Source: Flavobacteriaceae bacterium
GTDB taxonomy: Bacteria > Bacteroidota > Bacteroidia > Flavobacteriales > Flavobacteriaceae
DNA length: 64,000 nucleotides
Assembly: GCA_024639165.1 (NCBI GenBank)
Contig: JAHEIX010000012.1
Coordinates: 1,612-65,611 of the forward strand
Direction of reading: 5' to 3'
Both the position numbers and the translations under genes were made by a program. Position 1 is the first letter of the stretch, and every line of letters begins with the position of its first letter. The notes under the pieces are model-generated. The model was given only the letters and a program-made list of their open reading frames with translations, ran no database searches and was not told the origin of the DNA. Positions 19,397 to 27,310 of this stretch are shown piece after piece.

Positions 19397-20247
19397 TTAT
19401 ATGCAATACAAGTTTGTTTTGAAACGCCTAAACCTTCAATGCCTAATTCAACCAAATCGCCCTCTTTTAAATATCTCGGCGGGGTAAGCCCCAATCCAAC
19501 GCCGAAGGGAGTTCCGGTAGAAATGATATCTCCGGGGAGTAGGGTCATGAATTGACTTATGTAGCTCACGACGTGTTGGATATTAAAAATAAAATCTGAT
19601 GTGCTGCTGTTTTGCATTTCCTCACCATTGAGTTTTAACCAAAGATTTAGGTTATTAGGGTCACCTATTTCATCGGGAGTGGCAATAAAAGGTCCAATAG
19701 GCGCAAAAGAATCACAACTTTTTCCTTTTACCCATTGACCAGAACGTTCAAGTTGAAAAGCACGTTCGCTTACATCGTTATGCAACACATAACCTGCAAC
19801 GTGGTTTAATGCATCTGCTTCTGATACGTATGATGCTTTTTTACCAATCACCACAGCTAGTTCTACTTCCCAATCTGTCGTTTCACTGTTTTTTGGGATG
19901 ATAATAGGGTCATTGGGCCCAACAATAGCCGAACTTGCCTTAAAGAAAAGTACAGGTTCCTCTGGAATATCCATACCACTTTCAGCAGCATGCTTGGCGT
20001 AGTTAAGCCCAACACATACTATTTTTGATGGTCGGGATAAAGGCGGTCCAAGTCTAACATCATCTCCTACTTTTGGACAGTTCTCTAAATTATTCTCCAA
20101 CCATCGGCTTAGTTTGGCTATGCCGTTAGTCCCAAAAAAGGCTTCGTCATAATCGTGTACAAATGCAGAAACATCTAGTTTAGAGCCATCTGCTAGTAAC
20201 AAACCTGGTTTTTCTTCATTAATTGATCCGAATCGGATTAGTTTCAT
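19393..20247 (-). CDS. Fumarylacetoacetate hydrolase (FAH)-family enzyme, candidate 2,4-diketo-3-deoxy-L-fuconate hydrolase
   Basis: FAH-fold motifs are present (KIVCVGLNY, DWEVELAVVIGK, GDIISTGTPFGVG). Its stop overlaps the start of the downstream gene by 4 nt. Confidence 0.85.
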   Translation of the reverse strand: MKLIRFGSINEEKPGLLLADGSKLDVSAFVHDYDEAFFGTNGIAKLSRWLENNLENCPKVGDDVRLGPPLSRPSKIVCVGLNYAKHAAESGMDIPEEPVLFFKASSAIVGPNDPIIIPKNSETTDWEVELAVVIGKKASYVSEADALNHVAGYVLHNDVSERAFQLERSGQWVKGKSCDSFAPIGPFIATPDEIGDPNNLNLWLKLNGEEMQNSSTSDFIFNIQHVVSYISQFMTLLPGDIISTGTPFGVGLGLTPPRYLKEGDLVELGIEGLGVSKQTCIAYK

Positions 20248-20254
20248 ATTGTAT

Positions 20255-21046
20255 TTATTTTGAGTTTAATGTTATGTATCCCCCATCAATGCCATAGTTA
20301 GAACCTGTAATAAAGCTTGCCTCATCTGAGCATAAAAACAATGCTAAATCAGCAACTTCTTGGGGATTTCCCATACGTCCTATGGGTTGGGTTTTTGAAA
20401 GTTTTTCAAACATCTCCGCTTCATTTCCAGGATAGTTTTTTTTAATAAACCCATCTACAAAAGGCGTGTGTACACGTGCGGGAGAGATGCAGTTACAACG
20501 TATGTTGTGGTCAATATAGTCCTTGGCAATAGAATAGGTCATGGTAAGCACTGCGCCTTTAGTCATGGAATACGCAAAGCGATCTGAAATGCCCACAGTT
20601 GAAGCAATGGATGCCATATTTAGAATGACTCCACCGCCACTATCCTTCATAATTGGGATGCATGCCTTTGCACAATTGTACACACCCTTAATATTGATTT
20701 CGTAAAGTTTATCTAAGTCTTCCTCTGCGCAATCTTCAATGTTTCCCACATGGGCTATGCCAGCATTATTTATTAAAATATCTATTGAAGACGATAGAGC
20801 AATTTGATTGACCGTTTCGGTAACACTATTGAAATCAGCGACATTGCAATTAAATCCTTTCGCAATAAAACCAGCTTTTTTAATTTCTGAAACTGTTTTA
20901 TTTGTGGCATCCATATTCAAATCTAAAATGTGTACATGGGCACCACGCGCGGCAAATGTTGTGGCAATAGCACTGCCAATTCCGCTACCTCCGCCAGTGA
21001 GGACAACCCCTTTGTTTTTTAGAGAAAATTTCGTTTTCATCTTCAT
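20255..21046 (-). CDS. Short-chain dehydrogenase/reductase (second SDR of the pathway)
   Basis: Motifs are TGGGSGIG, NNAG and YSMTKGAV (catalytic Tyr-x3-Lys). Confidence 0.8.
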   Translation of the reverse strand: MKMKTKFSLKNKGVVLTGGGSGIGSAIATTFAARGAHVHILDLNMDATNKTVSEIKKAGFIAKGFNCNVADFNSVTETVNQIALSSSIDILINNAGIAHVGNIEDCAEEDLDKLYEINIKGVYNCAKACIPIMKDSGGGVILNMASIASTVGISDRFAYSMTKGAVLTMTYSIAKDYIDHNIRCNCISPARVHTPFVDGFIKKNYPGNEAEMFEKLSKTQPIGRMGNPQEVADLALFLCSDEASFITGSNYGIDGGYITLNSK

Positions 21047-21049
21047 GTG

Positions 21050-22711
21050 TTACAGTGAAAATCCTCTTTTCCAAGGAATAAAATCGTTTTGACCCAATCT
21101 CCGTGCGTTTACTTCAAGCTCACCACTTGCTACCTTTATAATGTATGACAAAAGCGCTTCGCCACAGCTTTTGACGGTTTCCGTACCATCGATAATGCCA
21201 CCTGTATTAAAATCAATGATGTCATTCATTTTGTTGAAAACAGCAGTATTTGATGATACTTTTATAACGGGTACAGCAGGGTTACCTGTAGGCGTTCCCA
21301 ACCCTGTTGTAAACAAAATAATGTTTGCTCCTGAACCAGCAAGACCGGTTGTGGATTCAACATCATTTCCAGGCGTACACAAAAGGTTTAAACCAGGCTT
21401 TTCGAGTTGTTCGGTATAATCTAAAACATCAACTATTGGTGAGGTTCCTCCTTTTTTTGCAGCACCCGCTGATTTAATGGCGTCTGTTATAAGCCCATCT
21501 TTAATATTTCCAGGGGAAGGATTAGCATAAAATCCAGCTCCTAATGCCGTTGCTTTGGTGTTGTATGCTTTCATTATTTGTGCAAATTTTTGTGCTTTAT
21601 CTACGTCTACACATCGGTTTATAAGCTCTTGTTCAACTCCGTTGAGCTCGGGAAATTCAGAAAGGATGGCAGCACCACCGAGACCAACAACCAAATCAGA
21701 AACATAACCCAAAGTTGGATTGGCAGAAATTCCAGAAAAGCCATCCGAACCGCCACATTCTAAGCCAATGCTAAGCTTACTCAGCGGAGCTGGTTCTCTT
21801 GATGTTTTATTAGCTTCAATAAGCCCAACAAATGTTTTTTTGACAGCCTCGGATATAAATGCTGTCTCTGAACTACTTTGTTGTTGCTCTAAAAAATACA
21901 CGGGCTTTTTTGAGTCTGGGGCAATACGTTTCAATGCACGTTCAAGAATATCCATTTGCGCATGTTGGCAACCCAAGCTCAAAATAGTTGCACCTGCTAC
22001 ATTAGGATTATTAATATATCCTGCAAGTAAATTACAAAGCGTTATGGCATCAGAAGTTGAGCCTCCGCAACCACCGTCATGTGTTAAAAAGTGTATGCCG
22101 TTAACATTGGGAAACAGTGGGTTCTTTTGTTTGTTCTGCTTGTTGGCAGTCAGGTCTGCACGCATCAACTCTTGCTCAGAGGCACCCGACTTGTATTTAT
22201 CAATCAGAAAGGACATATCAAAACTTTGCTTGCTTGGGTTCTCATAACCTAGTCCTTTGCGTATGGTATTTTGAAGTGTCTCTATGTTTCTATTTTGGCA
22301 AAATACCAACGGAATAACAAGCCAGTTATTTTCTGTTCCAACACGACCATCATCACGATGATAGCCTAAAAAAGTTTGTGTTGAAAAATGCGCCGATTTT
22401 GGTGCAGTCCAGTTTTTATTAATATTATTTTGTGGAACCGTATAGCTTTCGGTTTCATGAACAATATTCTGGGTTGTTATTACTTCGCCTTTGTGAATTT
22501 TATTATTTGCCTTGCCAACAATCACTCCATACATATAAACTTCTTCGCCAATAGCAATGTTACGAATGGCAAACTTATGCTTCGCTTTTACGTCAGACAC
22601 TAGTGCAAAAGAAACTCCGTCCAACTCAACAATATCCCCTTTAGATAAATTTGTCAATGCGACTATTATATTATCTGTAGAGTGAATTCTTAATATTTTA
22701 TTTGGAAACAT
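21050..22711 (-). CDS. UxaA-family (altronate dehydratase-like) sugar-acid dehydratase with an N-terminal SAF domain
   Basis: The product is 553 aa. It has an N-terminal SAF-like beta-clip (LSKGDIVELDGVSFALVSDVKAKHKFAIRNI) and a C-terminal UxaA core (THDGGCGG, LGCQH, ECGGSDGFSG, FTTGLGTPTGNP). It is the first gene of the operon. Confidence 0.85.
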   Translation of the reverse strand: MFPNKILRIHSTDNIIVALTNLSKGDIVELDGVSFALVSDVKAKHKFAIRNIAIGEEVYMYGVIVGKANNKIHKGEVITTQNIVHETESYTVPQNNINKNWTAPKSAHFSTQTFLGYHRDDGRVGTENNWLVIPLVFCQNRNIETLQNTIRKGLGYENPSKQSFDMSFLIDKYKSGASEQELMRADLTANKQNKQKNPLFPNVNGIHFLTHDGGCGGSTSDAITLCNLLAGYINNPNVAGATILSLGCQHAQMDILERALKRIAPDSKKPVYFLEQQQSSSETAFISEAVKKTFVGLIEANKTSREPAPLSKLSIGLECGGSDGFSGISANPTLGYVSDLVVGLGGAAILSEFPELNGVEQELINRCVDVDKAQKFAQIMKAYNTKATALGAGFYANPSPGNIKDGLITDAIKSAGAAKKGGTSPIVDVLDYTEQLEKPGLNLLCTPGNDVESTTGLAGSGANIILFTTGLGTPTGNPAVPVIKVSSNTAVFNKMNDIIDFNTGGIIDGTETVKSCGEALLSYIIKVASGELEVNARRLGQNDFIPWKRGFSL

Positions 22712-22959
22712 TAGTTTTTTCTTATTTAATACAAGATAATAAACTATTTAATATCATTTAATTTGAAAAACATATGCAACTTAAAAAAGAACATTTAAAC
22801 TATTTTTTGGGATATTTTAAGATAACCTTTTTTGGTTCGTTAAATAAAATCTGTTTTTTTCTACCCAAAATTTCCGTCAAGAATTAAATTGAGTTCTTTT
22901 ATAAAGTTCGAACCCCCGAAAGTTTGGGTCACGAATAAATCAACAAAAAAGTTGAAATT

Positions 22960-22994
22960 AAGCAAGCTCAAATAAATAGCTTGCTTTTTTATTT
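22960..22994 (+). terminator. Orphan plus-strand intrinsic-terminator-like hairpin in the 453-bp intergenic gap
   Basis: AAGCAAGCT (22960-22968) pairs perfectly with AGCTTGCTT (22978-22986) as a 9-bp stem around a 9-nt loop, followed by TTTTATTT. No annotated plus-strand gene lies upstream. Confidence 0.5.
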
Positions 22995-23030
22995 GGGTGA
23001 AGCTGCCGATTCTTTTGTTGATTTTAAAAG

Positions 23031-23066
23031 GGGGCTACAGACAATTTGAATGTATAGCCCTTTTTA
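23031..23066. terminator. Possible bidirectional terminator downstream of the 7TM-HD gene
   Basis: GGGCTA (23032-23037) pairs with TAGCCC (23055-23060), flanked by an A-run upstream and a T-run downstream. The 17-nt loop is large, so confidence is low. Confidence 0.35.
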
Positions 23067-23164
23067 TATCCACAAGGTTTCTGTAATTCTCTGTAAAGAT
23101 AGTGTCCTGTAAAAACTAAAAACAACCATTTAGACCCAATAAAAAAAAAGTACGACTGAAATTT

Positions 23165-25180
23165 TTATTCTGGATAGGCAACCCGCAAGTGATAGCTACT
23201 GATGAGCTTCTCAACCAATACTTTTTTAATTGTTTCAATCTCACGCAGGGTAATGTCAGCCGCTAAGAATTGTTTCTCATCCATTAGGCGCTGCACAATC
23301 TTGTCTACAAAGGCATTGATTTTCTCTGCTGTGGGTTCTTTTAAACTTTTTGATGCTGCCTCTACGCCATCTGAAATCATGACAATAGCCGTTTCCTTTG
23401 AAAAGGGCTTTGGGCCAGGATATTGAAATTGTTCAATAGCTACATCATCGTTATTCTGTTTCGCCTGTTGATAAAAATAAAGCACGGTTGTTGTGCCGTG
23501 ATGCGTGCGTATAAAGTCAACTACCCTATCTGGTAACTTGGCCTTTCTAGCAAGTGTAATCCCATGCAGCACATGCTCAATGATGATTTTAGCACTTACT
23601 TCAGAAGAAAGATCATCATGTGGACTATAAGAAGCTTGATTTTCACTAAAGAAAACCGGATTTTTCATTTTTCCTATATCGTGATACAAAGCACCCACCC
23701 TAGTGAGTAATGTATTGGCATCAATAGCATTGGCAGCAGCTTCGGCTATATTGGCCACTTGCAAAGAATGTTGAAATGTTCCGGGGGCTTTATCAGCCAG
23801 TTCACGAAGGAGTTTACTGTTCGTATCTGAGAGTTCCAACAGGGAGGCATCTGACACCAAACCAAATACCTTTTCAAAAATATAAATAAGCGGTTGTACA
23901 AATAAAATAGCTAAACCATTCACTACAAAAAGCAGTAATACATCATAGGATAACTGATTCAAATTCCCGTCGTGAATTAGGGTAAAGGCAATATAAGAGA
24001 CAACATACAATCCCACTATAAGTCCTACAGAAATAAACAGTTTTGCACGTCGGTACAGGTCATTGACGGTAAGGGATGCCAAAATACCAGCCATCATCTG
24101 TAAAAACATAAATTCAAAGCTATTGGGAACCAAAAATGCAAGAAGAAATAGAGCAATCATCAAAGAAAATAGCGCAATTCGGGTGTCAAAAAAAGTACGC
24201 AAAAGTAAGGGTAGCATACAGATAGGTACCGCGTAAACATATAACGGGTTTACATCTACAACTGCTTTTGTCAGTAAGACCATCAACAATATGATAACAC
24301 ACAAAAAGGTAATGCGCTTGTTGTTTTCAAAGACCAAGGGTCGTGTGCGCCACAAGAACACAAAAAGAAGTAACACAGGGACACTAACCAATAATGTATA
24401 CCCTAAAATAATCCAAGCCGTATTGGACTGAGTCCAAGTTTGAGACTCATATTCAAGCTGAAGCGACTGTAATATTTTTAGCTTTTCCCCTTCAACCACC
24501 TCACCTTTTGCGATGATTCGCGTTCCTTTAGTAACCAATCCACGAATGGACACTATCCCTGCAAGGGCTTCCGAACGAAATTGTGCAGTTAAGGTTTCAT
24601 CATACGAAACATTGGGCGTTATCAAAGAGAGCAGATACTGCATACTGGCATCAGATAAAATACCCGTTCCTGCTTCAGTCAATTGATTTTCCAATTCATT
24701 TTTAACGTCTATATCAGCATATAAGTCGGTAAGTTTAATCGTCTTTTTTCTCGTGTTGTTTACCAGCGCAATCTCTTCTTCAAAAAGGGTCTCAGAAAAC
24801 GACACCACACCAATAGCATACATGGCTTCGATTGTCGTGCGCCAATTGACAAAAAGAGCATTTGATGCTTCGTTGGCAGGAAGCACAGCGACGTATTGGT
24901 CAAAAGTATCAAAGACGGCTGGCAATACCTCTTGATCTACCGAAAAGTAGCGTGGAATATTTGCTTTTAAGCGTGTCCGTTCTTCTTCTAACTCATCTGC
25001 TGTTTTTTGAATGGGAAAATCATAGGGTGCCAAAAGGGTTTCATATTGCCAAGGCTTACCCGCTTGTATTTCATATTGGAAGCTACCCGCCCTTGGAAGG
25101 AGGTATACTACCACACCTACCACAAACAAGAAAAGCAGTATTTTATAGAGTATAGCTTGAAATCTATAAAAGAGCGACAT
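23165..25180 (-). CDS. 7TM-receptor/HD-domain (HDIG) membrane phosphohydrolase, PgpH-like
   Basis: The 671-aa product has an extracytoplasmic N-terminal domain, about seven hydrophobic helices, and a C-terminal HD domain with the HDIGK motif. Confidence 0.85.
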   Translation of the reverse strand: MSLFYRFQAILYKILLFLFVVGVVVYLLPRAGSFQYEIQAGKPWQYETLLAPYDFPIQKTADELEEERTRLKANIPRYFSVDQEVLPAVFDTFDQYVAVLPANEASNALFVNWRTTIEAMYAIGVVSFSETLFEEEIALVNNTRKKTIKLTDLYADIDVKNELENQLTEAGTGILSDASMQYLLSLITPNVSYDETLTAQFRSEALAGIVSIRGLVTKGTRIIAKGEVVEGEKLKILQSLQLEYESQTWTQSNTAWIILGYTLLVSVPVLLLFVFLWRTRPLVFENNKRITFLCVIILLMVLLTKAVVDVNPLYVYAVPICMLPLLLRTFFDTRIALFSLMIALFLLAFLVPNSFEFMFLQMMAGILASLTVNDLYRRAKLFISVGLIVGLYVVSYIAFTLIHDGNLNQLSYDVLLLFVVNGLAILFVQPLIYIFEKVFGLVSDASLLELSDTNSKLLRELADKAPGTFQHSLQVANIAEAAANAIDANTLLTRVGALYHDIGKMKNPVFFSENQASYSPHDDLSSEVSAKIIIEHVLHGITLARKAKLPDRVVDFIRTHHGTTTVLYFYQQAKQNNDDVAIEQFQYPGPKPFSKETAIVMISDGVEAASKSLKEPTAEKINAFVDKIVQRLMDEKQFLAADITLREIETIKKVLVEKLISSYHLRVAYPE

Positions 25181-25194
25181 AAAAAAGATTTAAA

Positions 25195-25202
25195 CAAAAA
25201 TA
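25195..25202 (-). promoter_or_regulatory. -7 promoter box (TATTTTTG on the minus strand) for the 7TM-HD gene
   Basis: The plus strand reads CAAAAATA, which is TAnnTTTG on the minus strand. It lies 14 nt upstream of the ATG at 25180. Confidence 0.45.
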
Positions 25203-25243
25203 CCACTTTTCAACAGACAGTAACACGGTCTTCATTTTATCTT

Positions 25244-25251
25244 TATTTTTG
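25244..25251 (+). promoter_or_regulatory. -7 promoter box TATTTTTG, 4 nt upstream of ATG 25256 (leaderless-type)
   Basis: This is an exact TAnnTTTG match. Four bases (AACT) separate its G from the start codon. Confidence 0.5.
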
Positions 25252-25255
25252 AACT

Positions 25256-26002
25256 ATGACGTATGGCATTTGTGGGTTGAGTTTAGTTCCGCTACGAGAA
25301 GCTGCTCAATTTGATGCACCGCTAGTAAGTGAGGTGTTATACGGGGAGTTATTTGAGGTTATTGGAACCAAAAAAAAATGGAGCAACATCAAGCTTGCAG
25401 ACGGTGCTATGGGGTGGATTGACAATGCGCAATTTACCGATCTAACGAGTGAAGAATTTGCCAAACTATCCGAGCAGGAACCCAAAACGGCGGTTGATTT
25501 AGTTGAGTTTATTTTAAAAGACAACGCCATACTATTCCCCGTTTCAATTGGAAGCACCATCCAGAACTGCGGCTTTTTAGGTCATCGATTTGAAGGGCAG
25601 ACCTCGGGCGGCTCTGTTCAAAAGAAAAGCATTCCCCAAACTGCCTTTAGGTTTCTGAATACCCCCTATAGAAAGGGCGGAAAATCTCCCTTTGGTATTG
25701 ATGAAGCAGGTTTTACGCAAATCGTTTACAAGCTTTGCGGACTGGTGTTGCCTAGAACAGCAACAGAGCAATCAACACTTGGAGAGGTGCTTAGTTTTAT
25801 AGAAGAGTCCGAGCCTGGCGATTTGGCTTTCTTTGATGACGAAGAAGGTCGTATTATACATGTTGGAATTGTGCTTGAGAACAACTACATCATCCATGCG
25901 GCTGGACAAGTACGCGTTGATCGTCTAGATCAAACGGGCATCTTTAATGTTGCTAAAAATACACATACGCACCAATTAAGACTCATCAAATCCATTGTAT
26001 AA
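25256..26002 (+). CDS. SH3b plus NlpC/P60 (C40)-fold protein with a non-canonical active site
   Basis: An SH3b-like N-terminal part is present (KKWSNIKLADGAMGWID). The NlpC/P60 core is YRKGGKSPFGIDEAGFTQIVY...IIHVGIVL...IIHAAG. The usual DCSG catalytic Cys position reads DEAG (Glu150, nt 25703-25705). Confidence 0.75.
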   Translation: MTYGICGLSLVPLREAAQFDAPLVSEVLYGELFEVIGTKKKWSNIKLADGAMGWIDNAQFTDLTSEEFAKLSEQEPKTAVDLVEFILKDNAILFPVSIGSTIQNCGFLGHRFEGQTSGGSVQKKSIPQTAFRFLNTPYRKGGKSPFGIDEAGFTQIVYKLCGLVLPRTATEQSTLGEVLSFIEESEPGDLAFFDDEEGRIIHVGIVLENNYIIHAAGQVRVDRLDQTGIFNVAKNTHTHQLRLIKSIV

Positions 26003-26034
26003 AAAAACCCCGCCAAGGCGAGGTTTATATTTTT
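26001..26034. terminator. Probable bidirectional terminator between convergent genes
   Basis: AAACC-C-CGC (26005-26013) pairs with GCG-A-GGTTT (26018-26026) with one mismatch and a 4-nt loop. An A-run lies upstream and ATATTTTT lies downstream. Confidence 0.5.
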
Positions 26035-26046
26035 CAAAAAACAAGA

Positions 26047-27300
26047 CTAGAGATTATCCAACATATCTCTGTATTTCTTAAAATTTGCTGTATCTCCAAT
26101 TGTTCCAAAAATATTTTTCAGCGTGGTCAACGCATCAGTATTTTTAGGGTTAATAAAAACCAGCTTTTCTAAATAAGGTACAGCTTCTAGGAAAATACCT
26201 TCTCGCTTCTGCTTTAGGACGTCGTATTTTCTGTTTTCAGCAGCTGAATTTCCCAAGGCATTCATCTGTTCTACGATATCTGCCTCTCCCTCTAAAATTA
26301 TTGATGCCAAATTAAGATAGGTAGGCTCATAAGCAGGGTCCAATTCCATTGCCTTTTTGTAATACGAAATTGCTGCATCGCGGTTGCCTTTATTACCGTT
26401 CACAACTCCTAAATTATAGTACAATACTGCATTGTTTGGATCCTGTGCTATGGCTTCTTCCATAAGCGAAGCAAATCGAGCCTCGTCACCAATTTTGTTA
26501 TACAAATCAGCTTCGGTAAGAATTAAGCTTACGTCCTTAGGCGATACAGAACGAGCATCTTTTACAGCTTGCATAGCAGCTTCATTGTCCCCTTTTTGTA
26601 CATAAATCAACGCAATATTCTTAACAATTTCCGGGCGTCTGGATGGGGTTAAATCTTCGCGTAAATCCTTAAAATCTTTGGATTTTTTGTAAATCTCGAA
26701 GGTAGCTGCATCAGGAACCTCTATCTCATCACCAGTAGAAACTTCGGTAGCGTAATAAACTTTCTTTCGCCCCTGATAGTTGAGATCCTTAAGTTTTGTG
26801 TAATAAGCCAAAGAGGTGTCATAATCACCAGCATTAACAGCACTAGAGGCCGCAAAGTATAAATAGTCTATGTTATTTTCAGCATCTAGTTCGTATGCAG
26901 TATGCAATAACGTTGAGGCAGCTAAATATTCGTTTTTGCTATTCAAATCAACCGCTTCGTTAATCAAGTCATTTGTTAAGCTTGGAACATTGATTTCTGC
27001 AAGGGAAGAGTACTTTTTAAGGCTAGCACTTTTCTCAACAGATTTGACCTTGTCAAAAGCAGCAATGGCTTCATCAAAAGCTTTTGTTTTCTGCTTAGAG
27101 AGGCCAAGTAAATAATAATAGTGTGAGCTGTATTTTGCCTCTGCATTATCGATCAGGGGTTTCATTTCATCTAAGGCTACGAGTGCTTTTTCGTACAGGC
27201 TTGCATCAACAAGCTTTTGCGCAGCTTTAAGCTCCTTTTTTTGTGCCACAGCCGATAAAGAAATTAGGGCAGCTAGAAGCACTTGGGAATAAAATTTCAT
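26047..27300 (-). CDS. Secreted tetratricopeptide (TPR) repeat protein
   Basis: A signal peptide is followed by repeated A/Y/L-rich 34-aa TPR-type units (for example YYNLGVVNGNKGNRDAAISYYKKAMELDP). It lies 10 nt downstream of gyrA and is probably co-transcribed. Confidence 0.8.
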   Translation of the reverse strand: MKFYSQVLLAALISLSAVAQKKELKAAQKLVDASLYEKALVALDEMKPLIDNAEAKYSSHYYYLLGLSKQKTKAFDEAIAAFDKVKSVEKSASLKKYSSLAEINVPSLTNDLINEAVDLNSKNEYLAASTLLHTAYELDAENNIDYLYFAASSAVNAGDYDTSLAYYTKLKDLNYQGRKKVYYATEVSTGDEIEVPDAATFEIYKKSKDFKDLREDLTPSRRPEIVKNIALIYVQKGDNEAAMQAVKDARSVSPKDVSLILTEADLYNKIGDEARFASLMEEAIAQDPNNAVLYYNLGVVNGNKGNRDAAISYYKKAMELDPAYEPTYLNLASIILEGEADIVEQMNALGNSAAENRKYDVLKQKREGIFLEAVPYLEKLVFINPKNTDALTTLKNIFGTIGDTANFKKYRDMLDNL

Positions 27301-27310
27301 ATTAAGTAGT

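Noticed and set aside
22900-22940. The sequence GTTCGAACCCCCGAAAG resembles a tRNA T-loop (TTCGAAC). This raised the idea of a tRNA gene or a tRNA-3'-end att-site remnant at the PUL boundary.
   Set aside because: The flanking bases cannot form a T-stem (TAAAG against CCCCG). The would-be acceptor arm is AT-rich and has no partner, and no integrase or direct repeat is nearby.
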